A stretch of 64,000 bases of DNA from Felis catus (taxonomy: Eukaryota): positions 2,172,001 through 2,236,000 of the forward strand of contig NC_058369.1 of NCBI RefSeq assembly GCF_018350175.1. Direction: 5' to 3'. Below are positions 26,945 through 38,999 of the stretch, piece by piece. The position numbers and the translations under genes were made by a program. Numbering within the stretch: position 1 is the stretch's first letter; every line of letters begins with the position of its first letter. A model generated the notes under the pieces. It made no database searches. It was given only the letters and a program-made list of their open reading frames with translations, and was not told the DNA's origin.

Positions 26945-27370
26945 GCATTCATTATATGGGGCTGCCGTAACACAGTGCCAGACAAACGTTTGTGGTGTCA
27001 CAAATGAGGCACCTGGAAGCCTGAGATCAAGTTGTCTGCAAGGTTGGTTCCTACTGGAGGCTCTGAAGGACAGTCTGTCCCAGGCCTCCCTCCCAGCTTC
27101 TGGGGGTTGCCCACAACCCTTTGCATTCCTTGGCGGGTAGACACATCATGCCAATCCCTGCTTCGGTCTCACATGGTCAAGCCCTGTCTTCAGCGCAGGC
27201 CTCTGTGTCCCAATTTCCCCGTTTTATAAGGACACCATCACTGGGTCAAGACCTACCCTGACCCAGTGTGGCCTCATCTTCCTTAAATGTGCAAACACCT
27301 TATTTCTAGATAAGGCTGTATTTTGAGGTTCCACGTAGACAGGAAATGTGGGGGTACAATACTGAACCCA
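26945..27370. mobile_element. MaLR (MLT1-like) solo LTR, paralog of 8985-9416
   Basis: Near-identical to 8985-9416 including flanks. Confidence 0.75.
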
Positions 27371-27640
27371 GAGTATGTGTGTGTTTGTACTGCATATACC
27401 TTGTCATGAATTTAGGTATCAACTTCCAGTGTTACCTGAAATCACTACTTTACTTTTCCACTTTCCTATTCCCACCAACCTCCTGTACCTGTATCTCTGA
27501 TACAAGTTTACCCAGATAGAAGATGCTATGCATGTTTCCCAGAATAGTCTTCTGAACTGTGTTTAAATATGACCTGTATATTAACAAATGACACTCTCTT
27601 CACCTTTAACTGGCAGAGAGTTATATCAAAATATCTCTTT

Positions 27641-27871
27641 GGGGCGCCTGGGTGGCTCAGTCGGTTGAGCGTCCGACTTCGGCTCAGGTCACGATCTCGC
27701 AGCTTGTGAGTTCGAGCCCCACGTCAGACTCTGTGCTGACAGCTCGGAGCCGGGAGCCTGCTTCAGATTCTGTGTCTCCCTCCCTCTCTGCCCCTAACCC
27801 ACTCACATTCTGTCTCTGTCTCTCTCAAAAATAAATAAACATTTTTTTAAACTAAAAAAAAAAAAAAAAAA
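27641..27871 (+). mobile_element. CanSINE
   Basis: GGGGCGCCTGGGTGGCTCAGTCGGTTGAGCG head, poly-A tail. Confidence 0.9.
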
Positions 27872-28321
27872 GGAACTGATCCGTGTCAACTGGGGGCGTA
27901 TCAACAGAACCATGAGTGATCTGAATAAAAGAGAAAGGCCTGGCCCATTTTTCCTCCACTGGCATCACACAAGGAGACACCACTGGGTGGAGCATTACCA
28001 ATCAATTACCCACCCATCACGGGAAGAAACGTCCTGTTCAGGATAGTCAGCACTATTCCTAGCGAGAATAAGTAAGGGGGGGAAGGACAGGTTTCCAATT
28101 CTGGTATCAATTTTCATGGAAACATTTAAGAGCGCTTTGGAAAACACACAGTGGGAAGCAGCATTTCCAGAAACTAGCAGTTTCCTCAAGGCAGTTATGC
28201 CTGGAGCTCCGTGTAAGAACTCATTCCCACCACCTCTAAGACTCACCTCACCAACAACACTGTTCTGGTTGTTAACAGGCGAGCAGGGAAGATGCGTGTC
28301 TGTCTCCCCATTCCCCAATGT

Positions 28322-28552
28322 TAAAAAAAAAATTTTTTTTAACAATTATTTATTATTGAGAGGCAGCAAGAGACAGCATGGGGAGGGGGGGTGCAGGGCG
28401 CAGAGAGAGAGAGGGAGACACAGAATCCGAAGCAGGCTCCAGGCTCCGAGCTGTCAGCACAGAGCCCCACGCGGGGCTCGAACTCACAAACCATGAGATC
28501 ATGACCTGAGCTGAAGTCAGATGCTTAAAGGAGGGAGCCACCCAGGCGCCCC
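28322..28552 (-). mobile_element. CanSINE
   Basis: Minus SINEC; TSD CTCCCC(A/C)TTCCCCAAT. Confidence 0.9.
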
Positions 28553-28559
28553 TCCCCCT

Positions 28560-29126
28560 TCCCCAATCTTAACCTGCAAGAGGGCGACTCCCGGTGTTCT
28601 TTGTCAAAGGCCATTACATAAGCATCATTAGGCATGACTAAGGCGTTTCTAGACCTAAAAAGGTGGTAGCCGCAAAAGAGTTAAGGAAAATCACACCAGA
28701 AAGAAAATGAATACAAAAGCGAACCCTCCACGATGAAGGCAGGAGGCCAGCAGGGGGCGCTCCCCATCCAATCCCCGGGCAGCTGTAGACGCCACACGAA
28801 AGAGGCGCGGGCGCACACAACTTTATTGCCCCCGCCCGCGTGAGAAAGCTTTCCTCTGCCCAGCAACAGTCCAGCCAATGAGAGACGGACACAGCGCAGC
28901 CAATGAGAAGCCACCATCGTCTACCCACCGATTTGCCCCCAAGGATCCGCCCCCACCGTCCTCCCCCTCCCCCCGCCTCCCCCTTACCTGTAAAAGAGCA
29001 TCCTCCCCTTTCCTCTCTGAACTTGCGCGTGGATTTGCCAATTCTTGCGTGTCCTGATTTGCAATTCTTGCTAGTGCCAATAAACCCACTTTTTTGCGGG
29101 TGGAATACGTGATGCTAAAGGTCAAC
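28560..29126 (+). mobile_element. 5' LTR of the provirus, CpG-rich with CAGCCAATGAG boxes (left boundary approximate)
   Basis: CCAGCCAATGAGA ~28871 and CAGCCAATGAGAAGCCAC ~28897; AATAAA ~29080; end AAGGTCAAC followed by PBS. Confidence 0.65.
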
Positions 29127-29131
29127 CTTAC

Positions 29132-29149
29132 TCGGTGTCAGAAACTGAG
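29132..29149 (+). promoter_or_regulatory. Degenerate primer-binding site (tRNA-Leu-like)
   Basis: CGGTGTCAGAAACTGAG versus TGGTGTCAGAAGTGGGAT, a few nt after the LTR end. Confidence 0.5.
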
Positions 29150-29195
29150 CCCGTTAGCAGTGTGCTGGCCTTCTGTCCAAGTCCTCAGCAAGATG

Positions 29196-29873
29196 TGATG
29201 GGAAGTGGGGCTCCGGAGTGAAAGAGAGATCAAGAGCCCAGAGCTTCGGATTCTGTGTCGCCCTCTCTCTCTGTTCCTTCACCCCTCACACTCTGTCTCG
29301 CTGTCTCTCAAAAAAAAGAAACAAAGAAAAAAAGAATTCTGGAGATGTTTTTAGTGCAAGAAAAAGTGGTTTATAAAGCGTGGGGACAGGACCTGTGGGC
29401 AGATAGAGCTGCAGTGCAATTGTGAGGGGCAATTGATTATCCTTTGCAGTTCGGGGAGGGAAAGACAGAGGAAGTTTCCAAACCCATTTTATTTTATTTT
29501 ATTTATTTTATTATTTATTTTTTAAAATTTACATCCAAATTAGCGTATAGTGCAACAATGATTTCAGGAGTAGATTCCTTAGTGCCCCTTCCCCATTTAG
29601 CCCATCCCCCCTCCCACAACCCCTCCAGTAACCCTCTGTTTGTTCTCCGTATTTATGAGTCTCTTCTGTTTTGTCCCCCTCCCTGTTTTTATATTATTTT
29701 TGTTTCCCTTCCCTTATGTTCATCTCTTTTGTATCTTAAGGTCCTCATATGAGTGAAGTCATCTGATTTTTGTCTTTCTCCGACTAATTTCACTTAGCAT
29801 AACACCCCCCAGTTCCATCCACGTAATTGCAAATGGCAAGACTTCATACTTTTTGATTGCTGAGTAATACTCC

Positions 29874-29916
<43 letters not shown>

Positions 29917-30440
29917 ACACCACATCTTCTTTAGCCATTCACCCATCGATGGACATTTGGGCTCTTTCCATACTTTGGCTATTGTCGATAGCGCTGCTAT
30001 AAACATTGGGGTGCATGTACCCCTTCAAAACAGCATACCCGTATCCCTTGGATAAATACCTAGTAGTGCAATTGTTGGGTCGTAGGGTAGTTCTATTTTT
30101 AGTTTTTTGAGAACCCTCCAGACTGTTTTCCAGAGTGGCTGCACGAGCTTGCCTTCCCATCCAAACCCATTTTAATACGTTAAAGAAGGCTTACAGGATC
30201 CTGGAGGCCTAGCTATTGACAAACTAAGGTTGTTGTTGGGGTTTTGTTTTTGTGTTTTTGTTTGTGTTTTTGTTTGGGTATCTATCTATCTATCTATCTA
30301 TCTCTAGCAAGGGATTAAGACAGTTGGGCATTCCTGGAGGAAAGTCCTACTCCGCCAGCCTGAAGTATTTGTCAATGGGCTACAAGCCATAAGGAAATTT
30401 AATTGTATCTACAGTTCTTTCGCCTTTCCTCTCTGCATCA
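29196..30440 (-). mobile_element. Carnivore solo LTR nested in the ERV leader, interrupted by an L1 and a SINE fragment
   Basis: TGATG...CATCA ends; homologous to 34059-34775 and to the reverse complement of 31886-32870. Confidence 0.65.
29492..30159 (-). mobile_element. 5'-truncated carnivore L1
   Basis: MFIAALSTIAKVWKEPKCPS ORF2 end; TSD TCCAAACCCATTTTA at 29477-29491 and 30160-30174; internal (GT)n. Confidence 0.92.
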
Positions 30441-30632
30441 TGTGGGCACAGACTGTTCCTGGGTAGAGGTCTTCGACCAAGTCCTTCTGGAACCAACCTG
30501 TTCCTGTTGAAACAGCGGTATTTAGGAATTTCTCTTTCTGTTCTAAAGAAAAAGCTAAGGAATGGGATCCCAGTCATCAAAATACTTGAAGAGCATCCCT
30601 CAAGACCCATTGTGTCATACCTTCTGGGTTTT

Positions 30633-30853
30633 AAAAAAAAAATTTTTTTTAACATTTATTCATTGTTGAGAGACAGAGACAAAGCGTGAGCAGGGGAGGG
30701 GCAGAGAGACAGGGAGACACAGAATCTGAAGCAGACTCCAGGCTCTGAGCTGTCAGCACAACAGAGCCCCATGTGGGGCTTGAACCCACAAACCGTGAGA
30801 TCATGACCTGAGCTGAAGTCACATGCTTAACTGACTGAGCCACCCAGGCACCC
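30633..30853 (-). mobile_element. CanSINE inside gag
   Basis: Minus SINEC; similar flanks ACC(T/C)TCTGG..TTTTA on both sides. Confidence 0.9.
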
Positions 30854-30906
30854 CACCCTCTGGTTTTATATTTAAAAAATTATGGTCTCTCCTCACACAC
30901 ATTTCT

Positions 30907-31743
30907 TTTTTTTTTTTTTAACTTATTTTTTAAACTTTAAATCCAAGTTAAGACGTAGTGCAACAATGATTTCAGGAAGAGAATTTACTGATACATCCTC
31001 TATGCATAATACCCAGTGCTCATCTCAGCAAGGGTCCTCCTTAGTGCCCCTTACCCATTTAGCCCATCCTCCCCTCCCACAACCCCTCCAGCAACCCTCA
31101 GTTTGTTCTCCATATTTATGAGTCTCTTCTGTTTTGTCCCCCTCCCTGTTTTTATATTATTTTTGTTTCCCTTCCCTTATGTTCATCTGTTTTTCTCTTA
31201 AAGTCCTCATATGAGTGAAGTCATATGATTTTTGTCTTTCTCTAATTTCACTTAGCATAATACCCTCCAGTTCCACCCACGTAGTTGCAAATGGCAAGAT
31301 TTCATTCTTTTTGATTGCCAAGTAATACCCCATTGTATATATGTACCACATCTTCTTTATCCATTCATCCATCGATGGCCATTTGGGCTCTTTCCATACT
31401 TTGGCTATCGTCGATAGTGCTGCTATAAACACTGGGGTGCATGTGTCCCTTCCAAACAGCGCACCTGTATCCCTTGGGTAAATGCCTCGTAGTGCAATGG
31501 CTGGGTCGTAGGGTAGTTCTATTTTTAGTTTTTTGAGGAACCTCCATACTGTTTTCTAGAGTGGCTGCACCAGCTTGCATTCCCAGCAACAATGCAAAAG
31601 AGATCCTCTCTCTCCGCATCCTCGCCAACATCTATTGTTGCCTGAGTTGTTACTGTTGGCCATTCTGACAGGTGTGAGGGGGTATCTCATGGTGGTTTTG
31701 ATTTGTATTTTCCTGATGATGAGTGAAGTTGAGCATTTTTTCA
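30907..31743 (-). mobile_element. 5'-truncated carnivore L1 inside gag
   Basis: ORF2 end WIKKMWYIYTMGYY; 17-bp TSD TCCTCACACACATTTCT at 30890-30906 and 31744-31760. Confidence 0.93.
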
Positions 31744-31885
31744 TCCTCACACACATTTCTAACTAACTTCATTAGAAGTAACTTAGAACATCAATGGCCA
31801 TTATTAGAGACTTCTGATCTCCCCAGATGGATTCTTAACAAAGTTGAATTGGACAGCTTTGTCGCTCAAATTGCCAAAACCGGAT

Positions 31886-32870
31886 TGATGAGGGAGCGCA
31901 AAGCAAGCTGAGACCCGGCAAACTCCCTCCCCCACGCCCCAGAGTGGCATCTGTCTGACATTCCTCAGGCAATCCTGGCTGCCCAAGAACAAAAGAAAGG
32001 GGGAAAAAAACCCAATGGTCAACTGATGGAGAGAACAGTCGTGCAGGACGTGAGTCTCCATCAGCTCACAAATGTCGTAGTAAATTACAAGGAACAAGGC
32101 AATCTTATCAATAGCGTCTAACCACCAGAAACCCATAGACTCAATTTCCTGAAGCCCTAACATCACCCTCCCACTCCATGGTGATGTGGGGAACAAACGC
32201 CAGATAAAAAATTAAATAAAATTAAACCTCTTAGGGCGCCTGGGTGGCTCAGTCGGTTAAGTGTCCGACTTCGGCTCAGGTCATGATCTCATGGTTTGTG
32301 GGTTCAAGCCCTGCGTGGGGCTCTGTTGTGCTGACAGCTCAGAGCCTGGAGTCTGCTTCAGATTCTGTGTCTCCCTCTCTCTTTGTCCCTCCCCTGCTCG
32401 CACTCTCTTTCTCTCTCAAAAATAAATAAACATTAAAATTTTTTTTTTCTAATTAAATTTCTTTGTAACCTGTGGCCCATTGGCAAATATTTGAGACAGG
32501 CAGAGTAAAACATCCCTCCAATTAACTCTCAACTGTCTTGTCTTCATGTTAATGCCTTATAAGAGGGAAAACCACCTTAGCTTGACCACAGCAAGGCCCC
32601 TGCTATCTTAGGAGTCCTCTTTAGCATAAGAAAGTCCTTTTGGAAACTTTCCTTCTCTACCTCCCCCAAGTCTCAGGTCACCCCCCACACTAACGACACA
32701 GTGCCTCTGCCCACAGGTCCTGTCCCCATAATTCTGTGTCCTGTCCCCAACACAGAATTTGAAGGGGTACATGCACCCCAAAAATAGCACCTTTTTGCAC
32801 CAAAGATGTCTCAAGAATTCTTTCTTGGCCATTGGCTCTGGACCCCCACCATCGCCCCAAAACCCCATCA
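31886..32870 (+). mobile_element. Carnivore solo LTR inside gag, containing a SINE at 32234-32450
   Basis: TGATG...CATCA termini; TSD GGAT/AGAT; removing it rejoins gag as AQIAKTG-WDVYF. Confidence 0.8.
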
Positions 32871-34058
32871 AGATGGGATGTCTACTTCAGTGGGTATTTG
32901 GAAGCTTCCAAACACTATCAAGATGTAAGTTCCCTTCTCTGCAAAACACTATTTCTAAATTATCAGAGACAAACCACTGAAAGGTGTCAAAATGGCTTCC
33001 GAGTCTCCGTCTCCTTCCCCATCTTCTTTGTCTCCAGACGCGTGGGTGCCCCTTCCAGTGCAGACCAGGCCATCAGTGCCCCCTTCCTCTCTTCCCTCTG
33101 CTCCCTCGCTACCACCTGTGTACCCCCACCCTCCTCCTAGTCCTTTCAGTGAAGGTCCTTTTCCTCTGATTCTCTCCCCAATCCTTGCTCTCCTGAACCC
33201 GTTAAAACACGCCCCGTGGGGATCCAAATAAAGCCCAAGGTGAAGCCTGGTGGTCACAGGCTGAACTGGGAGCCAGAGTTAGACTTTCCCAAAGTGACTG
33301 AGGATCCCCCGTGGTTTGCTGGAGAATTTAACAGTTATTCAAACTCACCACCCTGGTTTCTCAGATTTATACCAGTTGGATCACATGCTTGCTGGAGACG
33401 GCCGGGCCAAACACTGGATGAAGCTAGCCCAGTGGGAACACCCTAAAGAGTATTGGGGAATCAGGCACCTACATGTTGGCCAGGATGCTAGAACATTCAC
33501 TGGAAATACTGAGCGATGCCATCTTCCCTTAAGCCTGGGGAGGGGAACAAAACTCAGCCTTGCACATCACAACCTGATGAACCTTTTCATGATGATGACA
33601 ATGGACTCCAAATTGCCTTTCAAGAAAATTCTGGTTGAACTTTAGTTACTGAATGTACCTGGGTAGCTCATAACTCTGTTTATGCATGAGCACAACTGAA
33701 TTCTTTCTCATTTAGGCAAAAGAAACCAGCGTGGAATGAGAAATTGTGACCATTCCAGACTCAGGTAATTTCACCGACACGCTCCTCACTTGAAGAAAGA
33801 CGAATACGAATACATTTCTCAATTTCCACTTACGGCAAATGGAAGCCCCTACACAAAATGATGAAAACAAAAAACTCTGCTTTCTGCAATTATTGCAAAG
33901 AGCCAGGGTGTTGGGGAAAAAGTTTGTTACAAATGTAAGCACTCCACCCCCGTGTCCCTCCAGCCAGCCCTTCCCACACCCTCCTCATTCCCAGCGACGG
34001 GGCTCCAGGGAACCACAGGGGCTGTTCTCAGTCCTCCCTCTCGATCAGCGTGTGGAAC

Positions 34059-34703
34059 TGAAGTTTTGGGGTGATGGTGGGGTGGTCCGGAGCCGACAGC
34101 GAAGAAAGAATTCCTGAACACATCTCTGGGGTCAAAAGATGATTTTATTAAAGCACGGGAACAGGACCCATGGGCAGGAAGAGCCGCACTGGGGTTGTGA
34201 CGGGTGACTCATTATACGCCCTCAGGTTGGCAGGGGGTCAGGGATAGAGTAAGTCTCTAAGGTATTTTGGAAGCAAGGTTTCCAGGACCTTGAGGGGCTG
34301 GCTGCTGCTAGGGAAAACACCATTTATTACCATTTGATAAAACCTCAGTCATGAGACCCTTCAGATGTGTATCAGGGGTCCACAGGCTTGGCGGACGATT
34401 GCCAGCATGTATCTTGGGGGAGGTGAAACCAAGGGAGTAGACTGACAGGGTCCACGAGGTCAGGATAATGTTAAGCCCAGATTGCCTTTTGCTCCCAGCA
34501 AAGTGTCCTCATGGAGGCAGCTGAGCTCCTAGAAGGAGGTCGCTCTGCCAGTTTCAAGGACTTCTCAATGAGCTGTAGGCAGCAAGGGAATTTAATTTTT
34601 CGTTTGCCTTAGTTTCCCACATTGCCATGGCAAGCACTTAAACCCCTTTCCTTTGTTCGTGGGTAGCCAGGAGTGTCCGAGGAATGTCTCACATATCTCA
34701 CCT

Positions 34704-34742
<39 letters not shown>

Positions 34743-34775
34743 CTTGCCCTCACCTTGCCCCATCCTCCCCCATCA
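34059..34775 (-). mobile_element. Carnivore solo LTR (same family as 31886-32870) with internal (GT)n
   Basis: TGA...TCA termini; perfect 4-bp TSD GAAC; reverse-complement homology to 31886-32870; TTTATT (minus poly-A signal) ~34144. Confidence 0.85.
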
Positions 34776-35286
34776 GAACCACCTCCACATTGGGAAGGGA
34801 TCTCTATCCTTGTCGACACCAGTACATTCTTGGTGCCCAGCCCCCTGCTGTAACGCAGCCCCTGCCTGGAAGGGCTAAAAAGCAGCTCCACTATGGGGGG
34901 GGGGGGGGCGCGTCTCTAAAATAGCTCACCAGGTTCCTGCCTGTCAGCCTGTTCCTTGTCTAGGCGCTTTGAGAAGTACCCTCTTCTTCCTTTCTCCTCC
35001 CCTATCCACGTCTTAGGCCGAGTCTTCCAAGAAAGGTAAAATCCCAGAATTTCACTTCCTCAAAATGGGCAAGTAATTCTGGAATGGGGCCGTAGTAATC
35101 AAAATAGCCAGTGAGAGGAAATAAGTGAGCCCAGGTCCTCTCTTCTATGCTCTGTCTCTGAGACACTAGAGCAGAGCCTAAGAACACGGGTCATTTGTTC
35201 CCATTGGGTCAGCTACCATGCTCTTTCTGGGCAGAATCCAGTGACCTCCCATCAAGACTCAACGAGATCCTTCAAAACCTCTTCCC

Positions 35287-35965
35287 AGGGGCGCCTGGAG
35301 GGGCGGGGTTCAGCCGTTTAAGCGTCTGACTCTGGATTTTTGATTTCAGCTCAGGTCACGATCTCAGTTCTTGGGATGGAGCCCCACACCCAGCTCCGTG
35401 CTGACAGCGGGCAGCCTGCTTGGGATTCTCTCCCTGCCCCTCCCTGCTCATGCTCTCTCTCTCTCTCTCTCTCTCAAAATAAATTTTATTCTATTTTTTA
35501 TTAAGTTCACTTCTTTTTGCAGAGAGAAAGAGAGCGTGCGTGAGCATGAGTGGGGGAGGGGCAGAGAGAGAGGGAGACACAGAATCTGAAACAGGCTCCA
35601 GGCTCTGTGCCCACAGAGCCTGACGCAGGGCTTCAGGTCACAGACAGCGAGATCATGACCTGAGCCGAAGTTGGACACTCAACCGACTGAGCCACCAAGG
35701 CACCCCTCAAAATAAATTTTAAAAGTAAATACATTTTAAAAGAAAGTCTTATTAACAAAAATTTTTTAAAGGGTGCCCGGGCGGCTCGGTCGTTGCGCAG
35801 AATCTGACTTTGACTCAGGTCATGATCTCACTGTTCGTGAGTTCGAGTCCCACATCAGGAGAGCTCAAGCCTCGCTCTCTCTCGGTTTCCCTCTCTCTGC
35901 CCCTCGCCCACTTGCAGTCTCTCTCAAAACAAACAAACAAAAAAACCAATAAAACAACAAAAAAC
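35287..35965. mobile_element. SINE cluster: + SINE with a nested - SINE (35490-35706), then a + SINE (35770-35965)
   Basis: Nested copy flanked by duplicated CTCAAAATAAATTTTA. Confidence 0.85.
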
Positions 35966-36705
35966 ACCTCTTCCCAGAATTAGTCCCTACCCTATAAATA
36001 AGGAAGCCCTTTAGGGCATCAAGCCAATGGCAGACTGAAAGCCTCGGTGTCTCATGACCCCCTACACTACTCCCTGTAACACCCATCTTACTTAGAAAAT
36101 CCAGTGGCTGACCTTGGACATCTGTCCAAGACGTCTCGGCAACAAATAACATCTTCCCTCCACCCCGTTGTTCCCAACCCCCATTGGCTATAGACACCCA
36201 CTGCCACTGAGAGCAAACTTTTCACTGGGACTTATCTATGCAGTGGATTTTCGGATTCCAGTTGGTAAGCGTAGCGAGTTTTTGCTCTCACTTGGAGGCA
36301 CAGAAACACACCGGACAGTCGTGCCCCCGGGACCCACAGAGCGTCTGACTTCATAAGCCCCTAAAGCTGATCTGGAGGATAGAAAGTTTTCTGCCTCACT
36401 CCTTTGTTACGCTATGGAGATAATTCCATTCACTGCTTCCCTTCAATGGAAGACATTATCCACCTGTTAAACTCTGGGGTTTAAAGGGACATAAAGTCTC
36501 AAAATTCTGCAGTCTGCTCAAACTCAGGATCAATACTCGGGGCACTCGATCTTGGAACTGGACATTTGGATCCAGACAAAACCCCTCACGGCTGGTTAAT
36601 GCCGACACATCCTTTGGACGCCCTATGGCATTGAACATGCCACCCCTCTACACAATCAAGATTTTCCATAGCTTATTGATTGGTGTTTTAAAAAGGATCA
36701 AACTG

Positions 36706-36882
36706 GGGGCGCCCGGGTGGCTGTCGGTTAAGCGTCTGACTTCAGCTCAGGTCACGATCTCACAGTCTGAGTTCGAGCCCCACGTCGGGCTCTGTGCCGA
36801 CAGCTCGGAGCCTGGAGCCTGCTTCGGATTCTGTGTCTCCCTCTCTCTCTGCCCCTCCCCCACTCACACTGTTTCTCTCTCT
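36706..36882 (+). mobile_element. CanSINE
   Basis: GGGGCGCCCGGGTGGCTG head and CT tract. Confidence 0.85.
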
Positions 36883-37324
36883 CCTCAGCCAAGGGTAAAA
36901 CCACACATTTAGACCAACAGCTGGTACAGCTTTCCCCGAAAGGCAGCAGGCAACATCTGGGTCGCAGCCCTCCTGAGACGTTCAGCCTCGCCTGGGTTCC
37001 TTTTTCTCATTGTTGCTTCTTCTCTGTCCTTCGTGGAAAGAACATGCCCTTGTCCACCTTTCCCAAACTGGTACAAAAGAGGGGAATCTCTTCTTCGAGT
37101 TGTGGCCTTTCAGAAACCCCCTCATCACGGCCCTGGGATACAGTCATTTTCACTGGCTTTCTCCTAAGAGGTAAGACGTTCAGAATTTAAAGAAGCCTTT
37201 CTTTCATCTGAACTCTTCACTGACACGGGGTTCTTATGCAGTAGTTTCTACAAATGCAGCTCTATAGGCTGCATTTGATAACACATTTGGTTCCAGACAG
37301 TTCTTTTGGAATAACAATACCACT

Positions 37325-37925
37325 TTTTTTTTTTAATTTATTTATTTTGAGAGAGAGAGAGAGAGAGACAGAGAGAGCAGGGGATGGGGGGTGGAGGGGA
37401 GACAGAGACAGAGACAGAGACGATGCCAAGCAGGCTTCGTGCAGTCGGTGTGCAGAGCCTGATGTCGGGCCTGAACTCACGAAATCGTGAGACCATGACC
37501 TGAGCCGAAATCAAGAGTTGGACACTCAAGTGACTGAGCCTCCCAGGCGCCGCTAACAATACATTTTAAAATGTCTTTGGGGGCGCCTGGCTGGCAGGGT
37601 GGGAGCAGCCACAGGACCCTTTTTTTTTTCTTTTTTAAAAGAATTTTATTTTAATGCTTATTTACTTTTGAGAGAGAGAGAATGCAGGCAGGGGAGAGGC
37701 AGCGAGAGAGGGAGACACAGAATCCGAAGCAGGCTCCAGGCTCCGAGCTCTCAGCCCAGAGCCCGACGCGGGGCTCGAACCCACGAACCGTGAGATGGTG
37801 ACCTGAGTCGAAGTCGGATGCCTAACTGACTGAACCACCCAGGCACCCCCATGGGACTCTTGATCTTGGAGTCATTAGTTTGAGAGCCACGTTGGAGATA
37901 GAGAGACCTTAAATAAATAATAAAC
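37325..37925. mobile_element. SINE cluster (37325-37552 minus; short plus SINEC with a nested minus SINE at 37620-37850)
   Basis: SINEC heads and tails in both orientations. Confidence 0.8.
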
Positions 37926-38302
37926 TTTCAAGTTTTGCCATTATTGCAAAAAATTTCATCAGCTACTGCTTTGCATTATTTGCACTACATCTGCCCCAGT
38001 CCCGAGTTGATTCTTGTGCTCCTACAGGACCCACTATTGTTTTCTTTTTAATAATAATTTAAGCAATTCCTATGCTCAATATGGGGCCCAAACTCAGCCC
38101 TGGGATCAAGAGTCACGTGCCAGGCACCCCTCCACTGTTCTACCTTCTATGCTGCTTCTCCAAGAGACTTCCAGGATGCATCCAGGACTCCGGGTTTGCT
38201 TTTATAAATAAGACCTTTCTCCCCGAAGTCTTGAGTAAGTGACAATAACTATTTCAGTTGAGTACTTTCAGACCTAGGGTCTGGTTTAGAATACTCACCT
38301 GT

Positions 38303-38730
38303 TGGGGCGCCTGGTTCATTCAGTCAGTTAAGCATCCGACTCTTGGTTTCAGTTCAGGTCATGATCTCATGGTTTGTGGGATCAATCCCAGCATTGGGCT
38401 CTGTGCTGACAGGACAGAGCCTGCTTGGGATTCTCGCTCTCCCTCTCTCTGCCCCTCCCCTGCTCACACTTTCTCTCAAAAACAAATAATCATTTTGAGG
38501 CGCCTGGGTAGCTCAGTCGGTTGGGAGCCTGTCTTTGGCTAAGGTCATGATCTCACAGTCCATGGGTTCGAGCCACATGTCGGGTTCTGTGCCGACAGCT
38601 CGGAGCCTGGAGCCTGCTTCGGATTCTGTGTCTCCCTCTCTCTCTGCCCCTCCCCCACTGGCACTCTGTCTCTCTCTCAAAAATAAAAATAAAAATTCAA
38701 ACAAAATTAGAGAAACAATTATTAAAAAAA
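38303..38730 (+). mobile_element. Two tandem CanSINEs
   Basis: Heads at 38303 and ~38498. Confidence 0.85.
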
Positions 38731-38999
38731 GAATATTATTCACATAATGTAGAATTGCCAAGCTAAGCTAGTTTTGTATATTTATTCTAAGGTTTCTATA
38801 TTGTTGCCTGTCAAACTTTTGTGGAAATGATGTACCTAATAATTAGATGATTCCCCATACTTACCATCTCTCTCTCTGTCTCTTCAGATTTTGTTTTTAA
38901 GTAATCGCTACACCCAACGTGGGGCTTGAACTCACAACCCTGAGGTCAAGAGCTGTGTGCTCTACTGACCGAGCCAGCCGGCCGCCCCTCCGATGCTTA

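Larger units (their letters stand above)
21310..27450 (-). repeat. Paralogous block, copy 2 (gene A intron 1 / promoter / upstream flank)
   Basis: Colinear with 680-9500; lacks ~1.2 kb (unit 1 ~1650-2860) and ~1.8 kb (unit 1 ~6830-8640). Confidence 0.9.
30562..33930 (+). pseudogene. Disrupted ERV gag
   Basis: ATG GGA TCC CAG TCA TCA AAA (MGxxxS myristoylation motif); MA-like NLEHQWPLLETSDLP; proline-rich segment 32992-33231; CA-like HPGFSDLYQLDHMLAGDGRAKHWMKLAQWEHP. Confidence 0.7.
34970..38260 (+). pseudogene. Disrupted ERV pro/pol, interrupted by at least 6 SINEs
   Basis: Frameshifted RT motifs: YP.NKEAL.GIKP (~35990), PCNTP (~36072), VQD...NNI (~36123), F.LTW (~36280), KADL (~36363), KGHKVSK (~36484). 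Confidence 0.65.
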
